From Vicugna vicugna (lineage: Eukaryota), in NCBI GenBank assembly GCA_013265495.1, contig MU058636.1, positions 9,356,239 to 9,420,238 of the forward strand: a stretch of 64,000 bases of DNA, read 5' to 3'. A model generated the notes under the pieces. The model saw nothing but the letters and a program-made list of their open reading frames with translations, did not search any database and had not been told where the DNA came from. The translations under genes were made by a program, and so were the position numbers. Of the stretch, positions 52,101 through 64,000 are shown in pieces (position 1 is the stretch's first letter; each line of letters starts with the position of its first letter).

Positions 52101-54400
52101 AGAATGTGCTTAGTAGATATTTGTTGAATAAATCAATACATACTATATTGAAGACTGCTATGGACCAGACACTGAGACACTGAAGTTGTAAAAATCCTGT
52201 CCCATAGGAACCTGCAAAGATGTCTTTAGGGAAGCAGGCAGAATCAGATCTATGATTACACAGAATGAGGTACTTTTTCCTAAAGCAGAACGAGTGGCAT
52301 TTACTAAGCTGTAACTTAGAGTGGAAATGTTCATGCTCTAATGTTGTTATTGTGGTCCCAGGAACAGGCAGGTTGAATTCATGCCCCTGAGATGAGTTAG
52401 TTCTTCTCCCCATTTTTTGCGATGAAAACAGAAAATTCTCCATCTTGAAAAGACGCCCCTGGGAAGGCTGAGTGTTCTTGCCTTGGAGGCTGCGGGACAC
52501 TTTGCTCCGTCATTTCATCATGAGCCATGATGAGCTTCCTCCGCCTGTGAGAGTTTCCCAGCATCCTTTCCAGCTTCACCTCCCGGGGTGTTCCCGCGGG
52601 TCCTCCGGACCTCCCACTCGGTCCTGGTTTAACTCCCAGCAGCTGCCCGGCTTCCTTGTCTCCCTCCTGCATAAGAGCTCTGAGTGAGGGAGGAGAGGCT
52701 CATGCTGGACCCTCTAAGTGACCTCCAGCCACTCGGACTGTAGTATCAAAAGTTTAGAACAGGTCCAGAGAATAGCCATGGAGGAGGCGGGAAATCATCA
52801 CTGCTTTAAAGACTTAAAATTTGGCTAAATTTCAATCATATTCAACCCCTTATCACTAACCAGTCTCACAGATAGCAGTCTCATAATGGGACCATGCATT
52901 TCATTGCCTTTCAGCAATGACCAGAAACGCGTCTAGTGTCGGGGTCCCTTCCTGAACTGAGCGACAGATGCTACCGGCTGCTCTCCGCGAGCACCAGCCA
53001 GCCCTGCTCCCACACACACCTCAGGTGCCTCCAGGCTGCCTGGCCTGCACGAAGCAGCCTCAAAAATCCGCGTAAGCCATAGGCATCTTCTCACTTCTGG
53101 TCAAAGGGATGTTCATTTCACCCAATACCCCAGAAGCCAAATGCAGCTTCACCTGTTGCTGAATGCAGAACAGAGGCTTCTGTGTGGACATTAGGAAAAC
53201 TGGGTCTCTCCGCTTAAGAAACACTCACTCACACCACGCTTGACAAAGCTCGAAAAAGAAATTTTCTATTTTCGTTCCCGTTTTTGCCAACTGACCTCCA
53301 CAGAGCTTGCATATCTTTTTTTTTTCCCCCGCAAGGGTGGTTCGATTTGAGAGAAGAGAAAACGTGAGTCAGGAGTCAAAGAGTTCAAGGAGACTTGTCC
53401 AGAGAGATGTGAGATGTTCACTGCTCAGATTAGAGTAGAAACATTTCTTCACTGGAGTGAAAATTTGGAAGGAACAGATTCTCATCTTTTCTGACATCAG
53501 GAGGCTCTGAGTTTCCAGTTTATGGTACTGTTCTTGAGAAGCCAAGAGCATAATTTCAAGAACAGGAAACATGATGGCTTCTTAATCAAATTAAATAGCA
53601 AAATGAAAGCAATAATTACTCAAATTTACTTGGCAAATTAGCAAGACGAATTAATTGAAATGCTACTTTTGATCATAAGGATATAATTAGAAAAGACTTT
53701 GGTGGATGAAAATATCTCTAAGGCACAAATTAAATCAATTGGACAACCTGATTATAAAGACCTTATTCTTAATGTGTAAATCCCAACTTACTGGTAAGGA
53801 AGATAAAGGAAGAATAGAGATTGATCAGCAACTATTCATTAAAAATGGTCCTGTACAAATAATGTGAATAATAATAGCAAACACCTACTGAGTTTTTGTT
53901 ATGTGAAGATGCTGTTCTACATCATGTATTATCCTATCACTTACTGTTTCGTTCTTCTGGAAAGAAATCAGGAGAATCACTTACACAGCATAAACCATCT
54001 CTGATCCTTTGTACACAACGATGGACTTCATGATGCAAGGAGCACTGGGCACCAAAGTCAGACACAAAACAGAGACTGAGATGCCTTTTCTCCTCTTAGC
54101 TTCATCTTCCACTTCCAAATGCCACTACTTCTCAGCGAAGCCTGGTTCTAGAAAACTCTGAACACATCCATGCTGGGCCAGAAGAAGCCAATCAGTACAT
54201 ACTATTCCCTGACAGCAGCCATTCCTTCAAGAGTGGGCACATGACAAATGGGTGCAACTAGACTAAAGAGAGAGACTTTTTTCCATTCCTGGGGGAGAAT
54301 CTCACCTTTGACAGGAACAAGGATGCTTAGAACCGCCAAGTGCCAAATGCAATCATCTTGTGACCAAGAGAAGAACTAACCTCAAGATGAAGCCAACTTT

Positions 54401-54898
54401 TTTTAAACCTATTTTTTTAATTGAAGTATAGTCAGTTTACAATGTTGTGTCCATTTCTGGTGTACAGCATAATGTTTCAGTCATACATATACATACATAT
54501 ATTCTTTTTCATTATAGGTTGCTATAAGATATTGACTCTAGTTCCCTATGCTATACAGTATAAGCTTGTTGTTTATCAATTTTATATATAGTAGTTAGCA
54601 TCTGCAAATTTCAAACTCCCAATTTATCCCTTCCTACCCCCTTTACCCACTGGTAACCATAAATTTGTTCTCTATGTCTGTGAGTCTGTTTTGTAATTTC
54701 ATTTGTGTCTTTTTTTTTTTTGAGTTTTCACATATAAAGTGATATCATATGGTATTTTTCTTTTTTTTTCTGGCTTACTTCACTTAGAATGATGATCTCC
54801 TGGTCCATCCATGTTGCTGCAAATGGCATTATTTTATTCTTTTTTACGGCCAAGTAGTATTCCATTGTATATATAAATACCACTATTTCTTTATCCAT
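54401..54898 (-). mobile_element. L1 3' end with 17-bp TSD, inserted in a MaLR LTR (~54150-55050)
   Basis: TSD aagatgaagccaacttt at 54384-54400 and 54899-54915. Confidence 0.9.
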
Positions 54899-57800
54899 AA
54901 GATGAAGCCAACTTTGAGAGGGACGGTACCTTCGAGCCCCTGGATTAGTTAAGTCTGAAGCTCACTTTGGCTCTGGCTTTCCTATAATAAGAGATCCTAA
55001 ACGTCTTCTTTGTTTAAGAAGATATTTGTAAACTAAAGCTAAAGCATCCTAATTCATATACAACAAAATGAATGTTGAACTAAATTCTAGCAAAGTGCAA
55101 GAAATTAATTTTCTATATACATTAGGGCTTTTTTTCCCTAAAGTATGGTCACCTGAATCACCTGGGATACTTGTTTGAAACACAAATGAGAGATTCATAA
55201 TATCTGAGGCACAGAAACTAAAAATCCACCTTCTCAACCAGTCAACCTCTATTTCTAGTGCTAATGGTTAGGCACTGCTGCCCAGGCGAGCTCTACAGTT
55301 TCAGTGGGGATTTAGAAATTCATCAGGCAGTCTGTTTTTAAATTCGTGTTTCCTTGTTTTAAACATGTGTGTATTCACATTTGCTCCTTGCTTCTTCATA
55401 AATAAGTGTGATCTGAAGGTAAGCTGAGGAACAGTCTTTGATTTGTAAAAGTGGGTATTTTTGCAAAATCGCTTCAAGGCTCGGCACTAGATAAAACATG
55501 AGACAATGCTTGAAAAAAATCATCAATAGCCTTGTAAAATTGTTTTCAGTGCCTGTAAAACAAATTCTCCCCCAGTCACCTAAGCAAAGGAGGCATTTAA
55601 AAAAAGTAGATTCTGTTAGGTCCCTACCACGTTGTGTTACAACCACAAGTCCCTTCCTTGCCCAACTAGTACGTCTGTTTTTGGACTCAGTTTAAATGCT
55701 CTGGGAGGCCCTTCCTAGCCCCCCAAGTATTCTTACCTGCCTCTGATTTGCCTACTCAGCCTCCTTCCTGACTCTTCTCCCTGCCCTGCCTGCAACCTAC
55801 CTCCACGTCCCCCTAAAACACACTCACACTCACTCTTTACCTACCCACCTCCTCTACAGCCTTGAGGGCTTGGCTAAAAATAATACTTTGTTAAGAAGCC
55901 CCCGGGTGAGGTCAGGGCCCCTTGACCGTGATCTAGCAACTGAATGAAATGCCAGTTGGGTTGCTTTCAGCTACAAGAGGAAACACCCCTTCAACTGTAG
56001 CCTATAAAGACATGAACTTACTGTGCATCAGCAAGGTTGGAAATTGCTAGGGCAGGCTTGCTCCAGGGGCGCCTGCCCACAGGCTGCTTTCTCTGCCCAC
56101 CTGTGCCCCGGGAGGATGCTCCCTCCTGCCATCCCACCTGGTCAGGGGTGGCTGCCAGAGGGAGGGAGATCATGGCTTCTGGTGATCCCTTCTTCCTCAG
56201 AAGCCTCTGGAAACATCTCTCACTTCCTATCCCATGCTATTGTTAAGAGGTGGGATGACTCAGCTTAATTTACGGCACTTTTCATCGTCTGTCACGACAC
56301 CGCACAACAAGGATGACTGGATGGGGCTGCTCAGTGCAGAGTCCTGGACTATCCTACATCTTGACCAGCTAAAAGGATTGATAAATGAGCACTTCTGGAA
56401 TGAAGACATTTCTGGCATGTCTGGGAGATGCTTTGGTTGAGTTCATGGATCTCAAGCTACAGCCCCACCATTTGTTTTTGTAAATAAAGTTTTATTAGGA
56501 CACAATCACACCCATTCATATACGAAGTGTCTTTCAGGCTACCATACGCTTGGCCGCATGGCTTGCCAAGCTGAAAATAGTCACTGTCTGACTCTGGCTC
56601 TTTACAGAAATGTTTGCCAATCACTGGCTCAGAATAGTATTGGTAAGACATATTGGAACAGTGCTGACAAGACAACCACAGTGTCTGTTTACAGTGTGTG
56701 ACACTTTTCCCTTTCTAACACACCTTCCATATATATATATTTATTTATATTTATATATTGAAATACATCTGCCTTCCTTGTTAGTTTTTAAGTTCCATAG
56801 TAAATAGCGTCTTTTAAAATTTGCTGGTGATGTCATATCCCCCCACACCTACCACAGGGCCTGGCACATTGTAAACACCCTCTAAATATTTTTTTGGCTG
56901 AATAATTGGATGAACGCACTCCTTAAATAATCCACCAAAGTGTAAACAAAAGCAATGATTTCTTTCAGGACATGCTCTAAAGAAAGTAATCATAGTTCAA
57001 TCATGGCATGTCAAGAAATTGACCCATATTCCACAATCAGGGGTCCATGAACCTTAATAACATTAATACTTCCCAGCCCTTGGAAGGAGGATGTGTTCAC
57101 ACGCTGTCTTTGAGAGGAGGCGGAAATAAGCTCAGATTCTCAGAAGTGGCAGAGGCAGGGTGTGGCCCCGGCAAGCAGTGTGAATGCCACTAAATCTGCA
57201 CATCCTCCCACACACGGGGTGGCTCCCAACCCAGGTCCCAGGCTCTCTGCCATGTCTGCTCTGTAAGCTGTGACTTCACTGACCCACTGAAGTTCAGCCC
57301 TCGTCAGTGTTCTGGGCAATGGTAACACTTCTACAAAGATAGCAAACATAGGCAGTTAGGTGGGCGAGGCATGGTGACACCTCTATGCCAGATTTCTCTT
57401 TAGGTCTTCCTTCAGAAGAAAAGATCACTTGAGTCTGCAAAAATAATAGTAACTTGGATAACTAGGACTTGATAAACCCAAAATACTTCTCCAGGGAAAC
57501 CAGAACTCATTTTCTCTGTAGATGATGCCAGCGTTGATTATTTTCTCTTCATCTAATCTAAAAGGAATGTAAAAGTAAAAAGGCCAAAAATAAAACAACT
57601 CTGTAATTTTAAAACTACTAAAATGGCTTTAGTGAGTTTAATAACGTAAGGAATTATTATCACTAAAGAGGCAAGTGTTTGTTTTCAAGTGCGACATTTT
57701 AACATTTAATCCTCAGTGCTGAGAAGATGTGAAAGACTGGGGTGCAGTAGTGAAAATGGCAAAAACAGAATCTGAGCTTATTATAACCTGCTAATTAACA

Positions 57801-58302
57801 TGGCCAGAGACCAGCAAGGACGGTGTTCTAACCAAGTTGGGGCCTGTGGGAAACAGCAAAGACTGCCTCAAATACCAGACAAAGAAAACTGCCAAACACT
57901 GTATTAAAATACCTCCTCTGGACACAGTCTGCTTTCCAAAAAAAAAAAAAAAAAAAAGAAAGAAAGAAAGAAAAGGAAAAACTGGCAGTTAACTTTGTGA
58001 GCAGTTTTCACTTCCCTGCAGGTACAGCCATCAGTGACTAATCCAGACTTAGGAGAACTTCATCTTCGAGAAGGGAAGGCTCCATGCAGATTGGGTGCTA
58101 TTTAGAGGACCATCTCCTTTACCGGAAGAGTCAGTTTTATTATGAGGGGAGCAGGTGTTTGACCCCCATTGAGTAAAACAAAAATTGCTTCACTTTCAAA
58201 TTCATAGACTTTTGTTATGAGAGCACATCTGCCCATTATCCTCAGTATCTAACAGAAAGTCTTTTTTTTTTTCCATGGAAATTCTAACATAACAATTTTA
58301 GC

Positions 58303-58440
58303 GGGGAGAGTATAGTTCAGTGGTAGAGTGCAGGCTTAGCATGCCAGAGGTTCTGGGTTCAGTTCTCAATACCTCTGTTACTAAAGAAATGAATAAGCCT
58401 AAATAGCCTCCCATTAAAAAATAAAATTAAAAAAAAAAAA
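58303..58440 (+). mobile_element. Vic-1-type SINE
   Basis: ggggagagtatagttcagtggtagag...A tail. Confidence 0.82.
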
Positions 58441-59617
58441 GGACCCTTCAAATTGTAAATAAATAAATAAAAAGATAAAAACATTTTTTTTAAAATGACT
58501 TGGGATATAGTAATACTGTTGTTAGGCCAATTCCCTCAAATTTTGTTTTCTTAAGACTGAAATATTTGATGTGAAAAGCAGTAAGATATTTGAGTTAGTA
58601 ACTCACTATGCACTCACTGTCAAAAATTTAATCTGCCTACCCATACGCTGGGCAAAATGTGTTTGCTATCCTTTGGCAATAAGTCTTTTACGGGTTCATA
58701 ATCTTTGGTCTGGTTAACACCAATTTTAGAAAAACATCCTAAGAAAATAATTTGGTAAAGGGAAGACTTCAATTCATCAAACTAGTCCTTAAAATCTATT
58801 TTAAAATAACAGAGTCTGGAATAGGGAAAATGCCCAAGTAGAAAGAAATAAGGAAGTGGTTAAGTAAATGTAGGTCTATCAACCAAGGGACGTATTATCT
58901 AATCATTACAAATTATAATGGTGCAAACCATGTCATATTATGCAAAACATTTTTATAGATTGCTAAGTAAGTAATACACTATATCTACAGTGAGAAATAT
59001 TCAAAATTTTCTGGTTAGTAGACAGAAAAACTCAACGTGTGAACTATCTCCTGTTATTTCACACCTCTCCCTGCTTCCCGGGTCTCTGGTCTCCCGTTGA
59101 GTTTTCCTCTTTCCTCCCCTGTGCTTTGCTGGACTGTAATTCTTGCCTGTACCCTGCTTCTGTCTACTGACAGGTAATCCACATGCATCATTTTGTTTAA
59201 GACCCAGCTCCATTTCCAGCCCTTTCACAAAGTTATATATTACCCTGGAGTGAAATTGCTTAAATTCCTAAGCCCTGACTGTCATTTTTTTTTTTATCAT
59301 TTTGTTTGCTTTATCTTCTCAGATAGACTGTGAATTTCACGGAAGGAGTTATTTTTAGTGCATGCAATGTCTCATAAATATATGATTTTGAATGAATTAA
59401 TCAACGAATATAAACTCCGCAGAGCAAGGATCATTTCTTTTCTGTATATCTTCAGTTCTTCCCCTACTACAGGCAAATTGTAGCATACAAAGAGTTCTTC
59501 CCTGAACAACTGGATAAGTGCATGGTTGTGTATTGTTACATACAACTGCGGACTTGAATACTGGGATGTGTTTTTCTTCCCCGTCCCTTTTCCACCTTCT
59601 GCTTCTAGGAGTGATCA

Positions 59618-59806
<189 letters not shown>

Positions 59807-61994
59807 TCAATATAGGTAACGGGGAACAGATCAGTATGAGCACTAAGACAAGGGAACGTGGTGTCTGCTTTTTGGAAAGCACCAGCCAGGCTCCCTTTAG
59901 CGATCTAAGGTCAGTTCGATTCCAAGAACAATTTCAAGTCTGCTTAAAAGGGAAAAAAAAAAAATACAACAACAACCTTGACCGACAGCTCAGTTTGGGT
60001 CCAACTTCACTTTTGAAAGCATTAAAAGCCTTGCAAGTCCTGTTTAGGAAGTAAAATCCAAAAGCCCTTTTAATCACTCTTGTAAAAAGCCAACCAATTC
60101 CACCATCATTCCATGTAAACAAGTAATTCAGGAGCCAGTAAAAGTGCCTACTTGGTTATGCTTCGTTATTCATTAGATAGGTTTTTTTTTCTTTTTCCCC
60201 AATTTAAGAATCAAAACAGAATGTTTCAGCATCATCAAGTTTACCAAGGGCAGAGAGAGCATAAAGATTTCCACGGCCCACTTGGGCACACTGATGGAAC
60301 CTGCGAACTGGGCTCGGGTTACCAGGCTCCCTCGAGGAGCTGAGGATCGCGAAGGGGCCCCGCGTCTGGGAGATGCTCTACGAGACAGACGCTTGCCGTA
60401 ATCTCAGCTCTTCCTGCAGCGAAGACCAAAAGGTCTGATGCTTACACTGAAGAAAGTGACGGTTTTTATCTGAATGTAAATCAAGTTATCAAAGCAGCGC
60501 ACCCTGAGCTGACAACTTCGGATTGGCGAGTCTGTAGCTGGGCATCGAAGCCTCATACGGTTCAACGGGAAGCTGAATGAGACCGAAGCACTCCCCACTC
60601 CAAACGGAGGGCTCGTCTGGAAGCAACGTCTTGTCCCGTCCATCGGCGGTATTATCACCACCCCCAAGTCCCACGGGGGTGCTGAGCCAGCAGGACCAAC
60701 GCTTACACAGTCTGATTGTCGGAGGGGCTGCGGTTAAAAGGAGCTACAGGAGGGCGGCCCCTAAATAAGAAAATCCGTGAATATGGTAATACAGGGGCAG
60801 AACGACAAGGCCCCCGAAGGCACCTTCAGGATTTCTGGACTGAGTCTCTTCCTGACCTCCCTTTGCTTCTCCCCCTCCCCGCCCCGCCGGGTGACTTGAG
60901 TCGTTGTAACCCATACAAATTGTCTGTTTCCTCGCAGGCGTCTAAGGAGAAGCCGCTTCCACCACCCGGCCCCCACCTCCATGCCGGCTGTATGGAGGGA
61001 TACCCCCAGGAACTGACACACATCCCCCTCCTGCTGCTTCTCCCTCCAGTCCATCCCTGGGGCCACAGGAAAACCAGCATCTAATGCCGAGGGGCTGTGA
61101 TCCCAGGGAACGCCCTGTGAAGAACCACGGCAACAGCGAATCACAAGTTCCAGGATGCCTCGGTGCAACTGGATAAATGTGAATTGTGTTGAGGCTGAAG
61201 GATAATTTAGAAAGCAATACCATGAAGGCTGCTGACGAAGCAAACGCCCCCAGTGACTGGTTTCCTTTGGCTTTTCGCCTTAGGATAGAATTTACAGCAT
61301 TCCGAAGACAATTCTGAACTAGTTTTATCCACCATCAGGTAAAGAGAGAATTAATGAGGATGCCAGAGTTTGTGTAAACTGAATTCCATGAATGTTTAAT
61401 AAATAATGTGGCATCATTTCCATGATACTCAGTTCTGAAGCTAATAAGTGACACCACTTTTTGAGAGCTTGTGAGCAATTTTTAAATGATGGCACAGGCA
61501 GAAAGACAGATAGAAAATGTTCAAGGATAAGAAAAATGAAAAATAGCAACAGTTAAGCCATCAGTATTCTCTTTATCTGCCAGGCAAACAAATAAGAGAC
61601 AGTCTTATTTGCTGATGTTCTTCTCAGCATGGCAGGAAAATGGGTGTCAGGTATTCATGGAAGCACCTGCTTTGGTCCAGTATGAGGAGCCCAGCATTCC
61701 GGGAAGACTAAATAGAGAGGAACTGGTAAATGCTTGTCTAAGGAGCAAGCAGATCTGCAGTTCTTGAACTGGTAAAACCCTTGGCAGTCAGAGTTCTTTT
61801 GTAGAACACTGGGCTGTCTTTGTAACACTATGAAATGAGGATTCAACCATATAAATTAGCAATAATGTTATACATAGGAAATCTGTGTTATGTGTAAGAA
61901 TTTTTAAAAAATACCACAAGCATATGCTCACATTTTGAAAAGTGCCCCGTAGAGGGCAGCTAGCGTATCTGGATTTTCACTTGGTTTTATCTTT

Positions 61995-62118
61995 AGGGGG
62001 CGGTATTAGGTTGGTTGGTTTGTTTATTTATTTATTTCTAATAGAGGTACTAGGGATTGAACCCAGGACCTCGTGCATGCTGAGCATGCACTCTACCACT
62101 GAGCTCTACCCTCTCCCA
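61995..62118 (-). mobile_element. Vic-1-type SINE
   Basis: gggattgaacccaggacctcgtgcatgc...ccactgagctctaccctctccc. Confidence 0.88.
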
Positions 62119-62772
62119 GTCTGGATTTTTATATTAATATTTATGTAGTCTTTGTTTTGTCATCTGCTAGTATTTGCTAACAGTAAAGAGACTGCAGATT
62201 CTGAAGATCTGGGAAACATTTGTGGGAGAAAAGTGCAAGTTTGCCAACTGATCAGGCTAAGTGGTGGTTGCAGTGACTGGATTCTGTAGGCAACCATCAG
62301 TGGCCTCCCCACTACCTTGCTCCTGTTGTACATTAAGGTCAAAGCAAGTCTCACCGATGACCAATTCTCTAAACTCTCTCCAACTCCATCAAATAGTCAC
62401 TCTAACAAGTACCTTCAACACACACTAAACACAACAAATATTCAGACAGTCGGATCAGGGACACCAGGTCGGATCAGATAATATCTTCTATTTAGTGGAA
62501 CGGGAGCTAGCGCAGGAGTAGAGTTCTAGACCTGCAAGGACCAATGCAGTAGCCACGAGTGACGTGTAGTATTTAAATTTAAGTTAATAAAATTTCAGTA
62601 AAACTACATATCCAATTCTTCGATCCCTCTAGCCACATTTCAAGTGCCTAATAGCCACACGGTGCTGGTGGCTGCCATATTGGACTGTGCAAATACAGAC
62701 CATTTTCATAATCACAGTAAGTGCTACTGGAGAAGGTTGTTCTAGGTCTAAGACACCACTTCAAAAGGATGC

Positions 62773-63358
62773 TGGTGGAGGGGAACAAATTTTGCCACTC
62801 CAAAATGTCTCTTTGCCATGTGGGTTAGTTTGAGCTTAAAAACAATAAAGACCCAAAAAATTCGGGAAGGAAGCTTGACCTTCCTCCTAACTGCCTAAAA
62901 GAATGTAGATAGAGGGCCTGTTCCAGGAAGAGCTATTACAAGGACATCTGCAAAGAACGTGCATGGGCAGGTGTGGTCGGGGAAGCTCCCCCAGGCAGGG
63001 CTTAAAGATCAGAGTCCACTCTGTGTCTCATTGTTTCTGCAGGTCCCAGCAAACAATTATTTACCAAACATTTGCCTTTCCATCTCCAGGTAAAAATTAC
63101 CTTCCTCTCCTTTGAAGTCCCAAAGGACTAACCCTCAACATTCTCTCTGCCTTTAGCTGAAGATGCTATTTAAAGTGAGTGAGGGTTTTGACGTTTTGTT
63201 GAGTTACTCAGTTTTTCCTGAGGCTTTCCCCTGCACACATGTTATGAGACTTCTGTTTGATTTTTCTCCTCTGACTCTGTTTCATGTCAAGTCAATTTAA
63301 TTCTTAGACAAGCCAGAAGAACCAAGAAGGGTGGAGGAGAATTTCTTCCTCCCCAACA
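62773..63358 (+). mobile_element. ERV LTR
   Basis: aaattttgccac.ccaaaat start, ...aatttcttcctccccaaca end. Confidence 0.65.
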
Positions 63359-64000
63359 CTGGGCTGGCCACCTTTTTACACCCTACGCCTGATGCTGCTT
63401 GTTAACATCAAAATCATCCTTACTCTTTTAGATTCTCCCTTTCTAGGTGGGGCTAGAAGCCAGGAAACTACATTTCAAAAACTCTCCTGCCAGCAGAAGT
63501 TCTGGCTCATAGTCTGTTGATGAGAAGGTAAAAGGGAGGGATAAACCAAATTCCCATTGGCAGCTGCAGCCAGGGGCATACCTTTCTGCAGAAAGAAGAC
63601 ACGAGATTTGGGGAGTGGCTACCAGGCATCCCGCTGCAGCCTCACCCACTAAGGGCAGATCATCAGCTGTCCTTACTTTTAATCCCTGCACTTCCTGATC
63701 GCCTGAGTTCTTCACTCATCTTCACTTCCCCAGACCTTCTAATAGGTCCATGCAGCTTCAAATCCCTGGACTATATCCCTCCTACTTGAAATACCTAGAG
63801 TGGTCTCTTTTACTGGCCAATCCCTGGCTGGTACATGCCCTAGTTGTACAAGGGCCGAGAGGCTGGTATAAATCTATCTGTCCATTACTTAAACATGATC
63901 CATTTTCTCAATTAAAAATGATCTCTAATACAACTTATGCTAATGATTAAAACTTGGGGTTAGTATAGATAATGATATTGAAAGGCTTTGTGTTAACTGC

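Overview
Mammalian genomic DNA, most likely camelid, judging by the many tRNA-derived Vic-1-type SINEs and the L1 3' ends. One assembly gap lies at 39435-39500. The right half holds the last two coding exons of LHFPL6 (LHFP) on the minus strand (59659-59757 and 37950-38068) plus its 3' UTR. The left half looks intergenic in the ORF track. Read on the minus strand, it holds about 30 collinear, mostly AG/GT-bounded exon remnants full of stops and frameshifts. In order, they spell a CEMIP2/TMEM2-like (cell-surface hyaluronidase family) type II membrane protein: TM helix, G8, GG, beta-helix and C-terminal module. A second copy of the beta-helix/C-terminal module follows. I read this as a long-dead pseudogene of an extra CEMIP-family paralogue with an internally duplicated core. 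Removing an ERVL-type LTR from one exon restores its reading frame. All homology was judged by eye against human CEMIP/CEMIP2 motifs recalled from memory; no database search was run.
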